This document shows positions 41,501-55,099 of a stretch of 64,000 nucleotides of DNA, one piece after another. The translations under genes and the position numbers were made by a program. This stretch comes from Octopus bimaculoides (lineage: Eukaryota), in assembly GCF_001194135.2 (NCBI RefSeq), contig NC_068985.1, forward strand, positions 25,295,254-25,359,253. Reading direction: 5' to 3'. The notes below the pieces were generated by a model that worked only from the letters and a program-made list of their open reading frames with translations, searched no databases and was not told where the DNA came from. How positions within the stretch are numbered: position 1 is the stretch's first letter; every line of letters begins with the position of its first letter.

Positions 41501-44500
41501 GTGTTTCAGGCCTACAATTATAAAAATACTAATTATTTGTTTTTCTTTCAGTGCTTTGAAGAAATTCAATTTGCATCTGACAGTTGAGATGAGTTTTCAG
41601 GGATCTGGATCGGTACTTTCATTCACTACTAGTTCCTAATTTGTGTCTTTTTTTTGGTTTCTCTCACACTAGATCCGCGGTCATGAGCTAGCTGCAGTTG
41701 ATCCACTTGGCTTAGATCAGCGCTCAGATGGTTCATCTATGTCCGAGATTTTAATCAACCATTACGACCTTGGTAAGGCTAGGTGTCTGATGCTGCTAAT
41801 GGTATAATTCTACTTGTCAATGTTGTCACCAGTTTTCTAAGTCTTAATATTTCATTATTCTATTCTTTTGCTAATGAAAAGATATTCTGTTTTCTCATTT
41901 TCTTTCTCTCTGTTTTAATTTCCTCTGTTCTTTCATTCTTTAAATTTGGTTGGTTTTGTGCTTATCTTCTTACATGTAACTTCTATAATTTTTTAACTAA
42001 TTCATTTGATCACATCACCCCTCTCCAGTAGTCTGAATTTTTTTGTCAAAGTCTATTGTTCACATTACTAGATTTACTAGACTTCAGAGTATCACTGGAA
42101 ACAATATTCCATTTTATTAATTATTGAGCATTTTGTTAATTTGGGAAATGTTAGTGACATTGAAATAGATAATTGTTAGCGGTTGCACTACGTCTTTTGG
42201 TGTTCCCCTTCCCATTTCCTTCTTAATGAAGCTTATTATTGTTTCCTAAACATTCGTATTCTTATCACAGTCTATTTCAGTCCTTCCAACACTTTTTTAG
42301 GTCCAGATGTTGCAAACTAGCTTAAATCTTGCAACAGTACTTTAAATTAATTACTTTGGTTTCTCATTTAAGTCCTGTAGGAAAATTCTGTATTGTGTGT
42401 GCTTGTGTATTTGTGTGCATAGATGTTTTAATTTTGGCAGTAGTTTAATGCTTACTAAACATTTTGATTTGTTTTTCTAAACTTTAAGTGGATATTTATT
42501 TATTTTTTATATTTGTTCAACGCAGGAGTTTTTCACATCAGTATCTGCTTTTGTTAAATGAGTAAAATTGCCATTATTTCACACTTTAATATGTGCACAC
42601 ACAATCAAGTGTGTGCATGCGTAGTCTTTTCAGAAGTTGTTTTGTCTTGGTTTTCCTTGAAAATGAGAATCGGAGTATATTTTTAGAGCATGTTACTGCA
42701 ATTATTTTAGCATGTTGCTTCATTTACATGTTTTCTTTTATTGATATGAGTAAGTCAATTTGCTCATAACCACTTTGTTTAGATGTTTATATCATGTATT
42801 TATTTTCTAGCTAAATTTATCTTTTTTTTTCTTTAATGTGTTTTATGTGTATTGCCAGTAACACTGCTAGTGTAGCAATGCCTTCAATAATTGTATGTTG
42901 TTGATAAAATAAAGTTTAACTAGTTATTGCACATTTTTCATAGCTTCCCAATCAAGGCTACTCTGAGGTTCAGCAACAATTTGAATTTTAATCTACAGCT
43001 TGTTGGTTATTAAATCTATTAAAAGTAAAGTTGTTGCTTAACCCCAGGTTAATGTTGATTGAATAGCAACAAAAGTTGTGCTTATAAGATCTTGCAAAAA
43101 CCCATGGCTTCAGTTTGCAAATCATTTTATGCTTAAGAAGCACTGACAGTTTTGATAGATTTTTCATGTGTGACAAATATTACATGTAAACTACTTGAAA
43201 TCTTGTGTATGTTTTCTGTTATAAAGCTATTAGTCTGTATTATGAATGCAAGTTAAAATTTATGTTGCTGATCCAACTGAAAAGGAATAAAAATAAATAA
43301 AATTCAGCAGTGACCTAATTTTAGTTTTTGATTTTTGTGATCTAGGTTCTTTTTTCTTCTTTTTTTTCTTACACCAATGACCTACCGACATGCTTGAAAA
43401 TTTTAAATTTATGCATTACTTTGAATAATTGGCTTTTCTGATAAGGCAGTAGTTACTGACAGTCTTTTATCTTTTGAATGTGTGATAAAGACAGAAATGA
43501 AAGAAAAAAAAAAAAACAGAAAATGATTTTATCACGTTGAAACTAAATAGCAAATAAATTACTAGTTTTATACAGCTTGGTCAAGTTATTTGAAAGTTTT
43601 TGGCTCTCGGTCAACAGATTTCTGGCTTTTTGGTTTGTGTGTGTGTGTTACTGGTTTGGTAGAGAAAGTGCTTGTACTCATAGACTTTCCACAGTCCCTT
43701 AGGACCTGTGATACTGAGACAGTAAAGATTCCTCCTGTTGAACTGCAAGTTGATGGCTGCTAGAAAAACATGGGCTGGAAAGAATGTCCTAGAGGGAAGA
43801 GATTGGGTGAAGTAGTTAGTAGGGAGCCTGGTGTGCTGGGCACAATATAGGAGATGGGAGATGAGTAAATTGGAAGTGTTTTAGTAGAGTTCGCAGGGGA
43901 TCAACCAGCTTTCAGGAGTATATACCACTATAAGTGGTAGAAAAACAGAAAAAAGAAAGAGCTCATTCATGAGTCAGAAATTTCTGTTATGATTTTTCTT
44001 TGATACACCTTTTTCCATTTATTTCACCAAGCAGAACCCCAAATGTAGTGTAAGTACTCTAATGCTTCACTCTTTCATTGCTATATTTCTAACTGAAGTG
44101 TGGTTTAATTACATTCTAGTAAGTAGGAATTTAGACAGCTTTGATGGCATAGCTATACTTTTTAAAAAAAAAATATTAACCTACCAGAGTTGTTTGAAAC
44201 ACAATTTAAAAGGTTCATTAATCTATTATTGAAATTTTGCTTCAAAAATGCAGGCAAGTACAGGTTAAAATCTGTGAAATGTAAAGTTAGATTTTGTTAA
44301 AGTATCACCAGAATCATTACACCATGTGACAAAATGGTTGGCGGCATTTTGTTCGACTGCTTACATTCTGAGTCAAAAATTTGCCTCAGTAGAGTTTCAT
44401 CTCAAGGCAGTGCTCCAGCATGGCCACAGTCAAATGACTGAAGCAAGTAAAAGAATATAGTTATCAATAAACATATATATTGCTAAAATATTATGTATAC

Positions 44501-45433
44501 ACTTTATATGTATAGCTTAAATATTTTATATATGCCCTGATTTTGTCCAGTTTTTCCCCCCTGTTCAGATTCTTCATAGCTATCTATTTTATTATATGGA
44601 GCACTTATAGGAGCTAACAAGAGTAAATAGGTTTTAAGTTAACAGGTTTTGACTGGTTAGATCTGGTTTCTTCTGGAATTTTAGAACAGAAATATTGTAA
44701 AAGTTTCCCCTCCATTCTCTTTTTGAAAATTATTTCACTACTATCAGAAATTGAAATGTCAGTACCCTCTACATTTATATTTAATGCATTGAAAAATCGT
44801 TCATATTCAGAGGCACTGTTATTTAAATCTGAAAGTTATGTAATTTTTAAAATGAGTAGAATATTATAAAAAGTAAAATAAAGGATTTGGGAGAAATAGC
44901 TAAAAATTTCAGGGAACAGTATTGGATAATGTACAAGTGTTTATATCTAGTAAAACCACATTATCATTGACTCAGACATGATATATGCCAGTATTCTGAT
45001 TTATTTATGAACATGTAAATCCAGGCTGTTTTGAGTACTTTGATACTGTATGGTCACATGTGGGAGTGCTTTGGCAACATAGGATGACATGTAGTTTTAG
45101 TTAGTTGATAACAAAAAGGTTAATGTCAAGTATGTATTTATACTTGAGAAATTTTAAAATTTTACATATGCTTAAGTAATGGTTTGTACTACAAAAGTTT
45201 TCTGGTATATTTGTAGCATACTTCGAGGTAAACTTTTTTTTATACATACCAAAGCCATTGTTATTTTGACAATTATAAATAAATGCCTTTTTTTTTTCTT
45301 TGGAAAGATTGAAGTGGGGGAAAAAATCTAGCTGGCTGGTTTCAAATCTTTTTTGATTCTCATCAGAGATAGACTACCATTTCATCTGCTCATGGAGTGA
45401 AATATAGCTAATATCTATCTATCTATCTATCTA

Positions 45434-45479
<46 letters not shown>

Positions 45480-48400
45480 GTCACTAAATCTAGTGTTTGC
45501 TTAACTGATTGGTTTTATTTGTATAAATAGTGATATGTTAGAGACTAATTTAAATTAAATAATTATCTACCAAACAGCATTTCAATAATGGAATATTTTT
45601 CTCTATGGTATTCTTTTAACAGTTATTCATATCATTTTGAGTAAATTATTTTTTGTAGCTAAAGAGTGCAGTGAATGTGCCAGGAAAGCTAGCATTAATT
45701 TTTTTGTGCATCTTGTTGCTTGATTTAATGTTTTTTGTAGATAAAACTAAGGACAGGTCATAGAGATAGGAAAACCTGCCTTGGGAGAGAGCCGAAATGA
45801 AATTGTTTCTTCAGTGACTGAACAGACTTGTTCTCCCTCTGACTTCCTTTCAAAAATATACATCAATATTAAAACCATCTGTTTTCTAATAAGACGGAAT
45901 GATGCAAAGTAAAGTGATCTATTGAATTAAACAATCATCCTTATCTTCGTCGTTTTTGCCTATTTTCATGTTGGTATGGGTTCAATGAGTAATCATAGTT
46001 TGGGTCAGTTCTCATTTGATGGGTTATGGAATCACATACATGCATTCTATTTTTGACTTGGTAAGAGTTAGCTATGCAGGTAACGGTTAATGATGGGAAA
46101 GGTATTCAGTTGTAAAGCAATACCTCGATAATGTGGTCATTTGGCCTATGCTAGCATAGAGAACAAATGTAAAATGAATTTCTTAGCACTTTATAGTGTG
46201 TGCTGGGGGGCAATTTGTCATGGTATCAATTCTAGAAGCTATGTTCTCAACAGGATATGACTAGGGTCCTCATGAACCTTCATCTTGTTTCATTTGCCAA
46301 CCACTTTACAGTGTGTACATTTGTGATACCAGCACTAGTGAGGTACCATAATGAAACTAGTGGATTATCTTGCGAGACAAGAGACATTATACATTGTTTC
46401 CATTTGTTTTGGGCAACATGACCTGACCAATGGAGTGGATAGAAGAGAAAATGAATTAGGAGCAATGGGGAGAGAGAGTAATGAGAGAGACACACTATTG
46501 ATTGCTACATATTTGCTGGTGAGAGAGAAAGAGCATCTGTAATGGATTGTCATAAAAATGGTCTATAGAAAGATACTGTGATGGCTGTTAAAAACCAGAC
46601 ACTTGAAGAGGTTGGCAGTATAAGTGACGCTAGCTAACGAGAGTGTGAAAGTGAATAGCAATAAGAAAGTTATGGACATCTGTAAAAGAGTGACTTGAGG
46701 GAGTATTTGTATAATGTTCCTATGCTAGTGCAGTTCTCTTTTATGCACAGTATATCTGATTCCTCTTATATCAAGTTCCCCCTCCCCATCATCTTCGCAC
46801 ACTAACATTACACATCCAACAGAGCATGCCTGCTTCATTTTTTTTCTGGTCTTTGCATATAAAGTGCATTGCTCATGAATCCTCTGCAGTCAAGGAACAT
46901 GCATCATTGCATTTCATATACATGAATTAGACAATCTACTTTGCACTCTGAGGAGAAAATCCTTTGTTGCTAATCGTAGGTAATAGCTCCCTGACTTTTT
47001 TCTGACTTAATCTTGCTCTGGCTATTATGCTTCCAAAGCACCCACTTCAACTTCTAATTAGTTCATCTAATTAACAAAGGATATCCATTACTTCTAGGAA
47101 GCCTTCCAGGCATTTGAATCTTTTTCTGGTCAGCTCTTAGTACTTGTTGCACCTGCACTCCTATCACAATGTCTGTCTTCTGTGTTAGCCTACCTGTGCC
47201 TTATTACATTGTATGGTGTTCCTATTTCTTTTCCGTAGATCAAGCTTGGTTATTTCCCTGACAGTAACAGAGTCCTGTCTTTTTTTTTTTTTTTTANNNN
47301 NNNNNNGTTTCCTTAGTTAACCCTGAGGTCAGTCAATTCTAAGTTTTGCTCCTCTGTGTGGAATTGTTTTCAATCTGCTATAGCTTCTGCTCTGAAAACT
47401 TGGACTGTCTATGCTGATCATAGACAGTCAGTTTTAAACTTTTATACTTTGTGAGACTGTAACAAGCAAAGGTGTTGGGGCTGAAGATGGAGTTGTATCT
47501 AATGTTAAATTTATCACAGAACTCATTACTGATTCTCACCTTCATGACTGCATCTCTGTACATGGTTTGTACAGCCATTTACCCTTAGTGACTCATTCAT
47601 CCACCTCTAGCTTCCTCAGTGACTTCCACATTACAGAGCAGTATGAAACCTGATCAAAAACTTTCTCCAAGTTGTTGAATGTTTAGGCATAACAACTTAC
47701 GTCTTGGCTAAGAACTTCTGCAGGTGTCTCAGTAGGAATATAGTATCATTAAAACAAAGATGATTTAAATCTGAGGCTAATTCTCTTCCCAATCAATTGT
47801 GCAATAACTCTTTCTGTAACTTCCATAACCTAGTCCACCACTTTGATATCTCTTATATCTGCTCTTTCATAATCTGCTACCCTTGTAACTGGCAGTCATT
47901 GAATATAACACTTTCCTTTAGTTAACTGACTAGCATGTGCCAAATTCCAATAGACAGTCTAATCATCTTGGGGTGGGGGTCTAGCTGTTTCCTTCTCTTT
48001 AATTACCTTAGTGTTCTTAATTTGAATCAATTACTCCTCTAATCTATTTGGAGAAGGCCGTCTTCCGTATATTACCTTCATTCAACAACCTTGCAGTATC
48101 GTATTTTTATGACTATTTCTTTTTGCCATCAACAAGAGCAGTTGTACCATTATCATTCTGTACACAGTTCTCAACAACATCTCTGGCATTTTGCATTGCA
48201 ACTTGAAATACGTCATACACATGAACAATGACAAACCCCTTACTTTCAGCTTTTCTCTTTGCTGAAGCATCTAACTTCTTTTCTAGCCACTCAATATTGC
48301 TCTTTTCTACCCTTTTTCTTCCAGCTTTCAGGCTTTAACCTTTGTACTCTTACAAGTCTATTCCTCCACCAGTTCACCTTCTTTTGGGTCTGAGATGTTG

Positions 48401-51400
48401 CATCAGTCACAGATCTGCTCTTTTGCTGTCGGTAGATTCTTCTTTTGAGAGCAATTGTGGTTAGGGTGTCAGTTCATACTTCTACGAACACACTACTTGT
48501 TGGTAACTCTTTCAACTTCCATGTCCTCCTCCAAATCTCTATTGCTTTGGAGTTTGTCTAACTCTTACTCTACAGTCACTGATCACTTGTAAAGTTTAAA
48601 CTTGAGCTTTTATGGTCTATAACAATGTCTTAACCACTGCAACAGCCATAACACAAAGAAATATGTATGCATGGGTAATAAAATAAATTTATTATATAAA
48701 CTGAATGAATCGCAAATGAGGAACTAAGTACTTGGAGAAAAGCTATACTGAAGAGACAATCCTTTAAGTTCATGTTGGTTTCAGTGACTGCTAGTGTGTA
48801 TGTATTATGAGTTCTAGTTGTCTTTAATTAATGTTTGTTGTGAAAATAAAATTGTTCCTGCAGCTTCTCAAGCAGTGTTCTATGAGTAATGAGATAGTAA
48901 AAATGTAGGGTTGAAGTACTAACCACTAAAAAGTGCTATGCATTTAATGCAACTGTGTGAAGATTAACAGAGGCATCTGCTCTACTGATTACTATTTGAT
49001 TGCATTGCAATTGTAATTTTGAAACATTACAAAATCCGCAGAACAATTCTTTGCTATATCTATGTTCTTTATTCCAAATTTGTTCAGAATAATTTAGATG
49101 GGTGATTGAATATCGCAAGTATGTTTTAAAGATGTTAATCTTGTCATTAAAAGTGTATAATTCATTGAAAGAAAGTTGGATTGCAAACAATTTTATACTT
49201 AATTTATTTTCTATGTAGTATAGCATATGCTGACTATTGATGTAGAAATGTCTACTTTCAACTAATTGTTTAAAGTTTAAAAAAATTTTTTTTTATAAGT
49301 TTTGATCACTCCAAGAATTTCTTTTAATTGATCTATTGCATGTTGGCTGGATTTAATGTTTATAGTTTAAATATCAGCTAATTTCAAGAAAAGGTTTCAG
49401 ACTAATGATATATTAAATGTACCTATTTCAAAAGTTTTGTGTGTATTCAGCTGCACTTTTATTTGTTTAACATTTAAAGATATTTATAAATATATTGTAT
49501 CACTATGTATAAAGATATTGGGCACATATTTCATGATCAATGTTCAAGCTTGTCTAATTACAATGTTTATGATAGGCTAATGTCTGATAAAACTATGTAT
49601 TTTAAAATGTAAAGTAGAAAGAGCTTAATTTACTTTTTAGATTTATATAAATGAATATAATGTAGATTTTAAATTGACTTTTGATTTTGTAGATGAAATA
49701 TGTGCCTTTTCCGTTTTTTTTTTTTTTTTTTTTTTGTATGCGATGGTTATATTCCAGTTGGTTCCTATTGTTTTCTGGTAGATCTAGTTTTTTTTATCTT
49801 AATTCCTAGGTAACATGTATTTAGATGTTATCCTCAGTAATGATGGAAAAAATACTTGCAACAAATTTGAAGTTGTGCTTAGCAGCTAGTCTTATCTTGT
49901 TGACTATTTCAACTCTGATTAACAATATAGTTTTATGGAAGAGGTCTGATGTTGAAAAATTATTGTTTTATTTTGCAATTTTCTTTATTTGCATTATATT
50001 AAAGAGTATATTCATATTTTGTTTTCATGATGTTACTTTTATCTAGATAAAGCTGCAATTATTTACAAAATTTGCAGAAATCAGAAAATTAAGTAAATAT
50101 TTTATATTATTTTGTTATTATAGTCTATTCTTGTTGTAATGGAATAATTTTGAATAATTGATTTAACATCCTATAAATAAGAACTGCTGTAAGCTATTCT
50201 ATCATCAAGTAAAGATAGATTTTGCAGGAATTCATGAAGTTAATAACTAAAGTGGTCAGCCATTAACTGGTATGATTTCATGTTAGAAATTCTTTTGTAA
50301 TTTGTTTTGTGTCTTCGATTGTTTCTAGAAAATGAAAAGAATCAAAATTTGGTTGTCTCAGGTAAGGTAATATTGGGAATGCAACTGGATTTAAGTAATG
50401 TTGTTTTAATTGTTAAAAGCTAATTAAGATAGTGAAACAATTCAAATAGTTACCCAAGAAACTTTAAATGGTTATGAATTAAAATATTTAGTTTTGTAGC
50501 TAGATTATTCATTTCTATTTGAATACTCTGAAATCATCTCCAAATCTGTTTTCAAATATTTAAAAGTAGGTATTTTAGCCTATTTCAGTGCTCCACAGCC
50601 TTTTTCCATTTGTCGTACTCTTATATTCTTTTCAAAATTTGATGTTACATCTGAACTAAAAATATAACTAAAAGTATAGGGAAAAAAATTCTGCAGCACT
50701 CCTAGCATCTTCTTGTGGCACACCAGTGTTCTTGCAGCATACTGACTGGTTGCAGAGCATTGGCCTATTTTCTGTTTTGTAAAAATGTTAATCATTTGAA
50801 TTATGATGAATTTTTGTTTAAAAATGTTCTTTTTACCTTAGTAATGTGGCAAAAATTGTTAAATTTCAAATTGAACTTAGAAATCAAGTTATTTTTATCA
50901 GCTATATTTTAATAATTTTTCATCTAACAAAAAAGAAAAGAAAAATCTTGCTTCTTACCATTTATTGGTAGAAATTTAGATGACTTCTCTGTTAGTTTTT
51001 ATTATCTTAATGTATTTCTTGGCTTGTATAAATTATACAAATATTAGGATAACATCTGCTATGCATTTCTTGTCACCTGTTGCTTTGTATATCTTCTATA
51101 TATTCCTCTTCTCTCTTGCTTTCGATATTTGTGTGTTGTAGATTTTATTTTATTTACTATTTAACTATCAAGTTAATCATTGTGATGAAATAAGATTCTA
51201 CTGTTCAAAAGATAATTAACTTTTTGGTGAGAGATTTGAATCACTTCAGTTGTTCCTTAGCATTATCCTTTCGTGTATGCCTTTTTCATAAATATTTGTA
51301 TTTTAGTTGCTGTGCTTTTTATTTATTTATTTTTTTTACTGTATATTATGTCACAAAAAAAAAAAAATTGGATTAACATTTTTCGGTTGCATGCTTCTTG

Positions 51401-54400
51401 TATTGATAATGAATAGTTTGCAACTATCTTTCTGTTAGATGAGCCTGATCTTGATAAAGTCTTTAGACTTCCACACACTACTTATATTGGCGGAGATCAA
51501 ACTGAGCTTCCATTACGTGAAATCATCAAGAGATTAGAGGTATGTAAATCTTCTGATATAACTTCCTCCAGTTACTTACAGAATGTCTATCTATGATATT
51601 GGATGAAATATATTTTGTGTATTCTTTTCTTTTTGTTTTAAGTTTGGTATACAGTTTTCATTAATGTGTTAACAGAAGCAATATTTTAAAACCCACCATT
51701 CAATGCCTAGAATGTTAAACTATTTTTCCTCAGGAAATTTACTGCCGACAGATAGGTATTGAGTTTATGTTTATCAACAATCTTGAGCAGACCGATTGGA
51801 TTCGTCGCAAATTCGAGGTACCTAACATCATGCAGTTTGATGCCGAAGAGAAGAGGCTTATCCTAGCAAGACTTATTCGATCAACTCGGTGAGTGTGATT
51901 AAATTCTGTATCTCTACTGAGTGTGATCATTTGGTTGGCAAAATCAATCTAATTTCAGTTCCATAGATTAAGGAAAATTACCTTTTTAATTTTATACACA
52001 AGTGCCCCAGAAGCTCACATTTGGTCTTCGTTATTTTAGATAATGTATAAATCTGTTAAAAAACAACTTTATTAGAATAATAATCTTCTTGAGAGATGGT
52101 TAACTAACCTCCCTATGCTATACTCACAACATAGAAATCTATTATGTATGCCTTCTCCATTTTCTTACATTCCATTCACTTCTTTATCTTCTGTTGCTTC
52201 ATCCTAAAGATGGTCTTAGGAAGTGGGTGGAAGGGAAAAATAGAACCAAAGCATTGTAGCAACTAGATGATGGGGCCAAACCACACAAACATATATATGT
52301 ATATCACTCATTCTCACCTCACTCTTCTGTCTACAATATTATTCAAGTGCTGTTAGTAATGAGAGCAGAATTTGTTATTACTACCATATCATATCTTAAT
52401 CTCACCAGTTTTAGAGAATCTGTGAGTCTGATGTTCATAGTCATTACCCCTTCTAATAACAGCTATGAGATGAAGAGAAAAACGAAAAGAACCTGGAGAA
52501 GTTGGCAATCCTGGTTTTGGCATTATTAGGAAGTAAAGCTTAAAACTGGGCTTAGGTATACATTTAAGAACTTTTCTGGTGATTAACATACACAACACAC
52601 TTATTTAAAATAAATATAATCATATTGTGAGTGTTAACCTTGTTCCACGCATTCTTTCCTAGTTTAGAACTTCTATTTTAAAAATATTTAAAAATATTGG
52701 TTTTTAAAATTGCTTTGTGATTCTTGCCTTTTAGATTTGAAGATTTTCTTGCACGAAAATGGTCATCTGAGAAACGTTTCGGTATTGAAGGCTGTGAAGT
52801 TCTGATTCCAGCAATGAAGGCTGTCATTGATTCATGCAGTTCACTTGGTGTGGATAGTTTTGTTATTGGCATGCCTCACAGGTTAGTAACTTTCACTCTT
52901 AAGCCCTGTCATATATTTGTTTTTTTAACTCAAACCTTCAAAATAGAATTTGTCTGAAGCAATTTTAGCTTATTTGAAGGATTTATAAAATAAGTAGAGA
53001 AATACTTCTCATGACTTCAATTTCGTTCAGAATTTTATTAAAAAAAAAATATTAAGACACAGTAAATACAGTCTTAGATGATATAACTGTTACCTGGAGC
53101 TAAGATATATGTTTCCTGGTTCTTTAGAACTTAATAAATGTAAGTTAAAATTAAAATACACATTAGATTTGGTGTATGCAGTTTGTCTTTAGATTTCATT
53201 CTCATCCTCACATGAAGATTAGCCTTATGCATCACTTCCATGCATTAAATATTTATCCTAGCTTAACCTTTTTCTGATCAGAATTGGGTTTCATTGCATG
53301 ATTATGTTTCTTGAAACCATAGAATCAGTGCTGAGCACCCCCACCTCACTCCTCCACACAGACACACACAAAGCAAAGTACCTTCAATGACAGTTAACAC
53401 ACAGCCAATGAATCGACCTCTTCTTCACATCTTGTTGTCTTGACGATCTTGTTACAGTTTTATGGTGCCCAGTCTTTTGTCATTGAAAGGGATTAACTGC
53501 AGGTTTTGGTTAAAAGTTGTTACATAACTTCATCAGATTTAGCATTCAGCATGCAGGATATAAATGTCTTGAACTGAATTGTGCATGAAATGCTGCTAAC
53601 AGATTCACAAGATTTACTGCCTGTTGTTATTTAGCCTGCAGGTCAGTCATAAATGAGCAAATTCAAGGTAAAGAGCTTTTCAGTTCTGACCAGCGCCTCT
53701 TATTATCAGGCACTGTGCATCACCCAGAACTACATTTTCTAAAGTTGTAGGGTGTAATTTGAGTTTACTACTGTTAATTTTAAGGGAAATAAGTCTAGGA
53801 AGAAATCTTATAAAAATGCTAGTTAGAGAGAAAAATAGATTGTACAATTTTTATGAAGGCTCATCTGAATTGTGATGGGTTGTTGCATGAACTTAGGTAG
53901 AAGTATAGAATCAATACTTGGCACTAGAAAAGACAAAAGTTAGAATTTAATGGTGAACCAGATGGTTAAAGTTGATATATTTCTTTATATTTTTATATTC
54001 TCTACTATAAAAATATCCTCAACATTTACTGTTAAGTTCTCATTTGTTTCTCTGTCTTAAATGATCAAAAACCAAATTATGACTTTTTTAAATGTTTTTT
54101 AAACATTTGTAAATAATGTTAATATTTTAAATCCCATGTTATTTTCTTAATTACGTTTTTTTTTTCTCTTTTCAGGGGTCGTTTGAATGTACTTGCAAAT
54201 GTTTGCAGGAAGCCTCTGGAACAGATTATTTGCCAGTTTGATTCTAAGCTGGAACCATCTGATGAGGGATCTGGAGATGTAAAATATCACTTAGGCATGT
54301 GCCATGAGCGCCTGAATAGAGTAACCAACAAGAACATAAAATTGTCTGTTGTTGCAAACCCCTCACATTTGGAAGCAGTCAATCCTGTTGTTCAGGGAAA

Positions 54401-55068
54401 AACAAAAGCTGAACAATTTTACCAAGGAGATAAGGATGGCAAAAGAGTATGAACAAATTATTAATTTTAGACATTTACTATAAAAATTTTGTTGCTGTAT
54501 GTTCTATTTTACTAATTCTGGATCATGACTAATGGGGCTGGTTTCTGTAGACCAGCCAATTTAGATTGCTGTGAAAATTTTCAGTACATTTCATGGTTAA
54601 AAAACATGATATTTACAAAAGTCTGTACATGAACCAGAAAAGTTTTTTTAAGAGAATTTGTTGATGNNNNNNNNNNNNNNNNNNNNNNNNNNNNNNNNNN
54701 NNNNNNNNNNNNNNNNNNNNNNNNNNNNNNNNNNNNNNNNNNNNNNNNNNNNNNNNNNNNNNNNNNNNNNNNNNNNNNNNNNNNNNNNNNNNNNNNNNNN
54801 NNNNNNNNNNNNNNNNNNNNNNNNNNNNNNNNNNNNNNNNNNNNNNNNNNNNNNNNNNNNNNNNNNNNNNNNNNNNNNNNNNNNNNNNNNNNNNNNNNNN
54901 NNNNNNNNNNNNNNNNNNNNNNNNNNNNNNNNNNNNNNNNNNNNNNNNNCTACAAATTTTTCTCTAAATTGATAGCGATATCGCTATCAATTTAGAGAAA
55001 AATTTGGCTGCTATTTCTGAATTCTCAGTATGTTGGAGAAGCAGGATACTGCTAATCCCTATATATTT

Positions 55069-55099
<31 letters not shown>

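Noticed and set aside
50078-50092. Another 15-nt AG...GT frame-preserving segment (also a 9-nt one at 49693-49701)
   Set aside because: Poor polypyrimidine tract or weak donor; such pairs are expected by chance in AT-rich introns.
28163-51438. A third IRGH-type alternative exon
   Set aside because: I scanned by eye for GGN-CAY cores with a preceding acceptor. The hits (e.g. ~33005 IKGHI*) have stops or lie in repeats.
54423-54425. Other codons one A-to-G from an orthologue's residue (FYQGD; also IGIEF, INNLE, AVNPV)
   Set aside because: These positions vary among recalled orthologues, so there is no case for restorative editing without RNA data.
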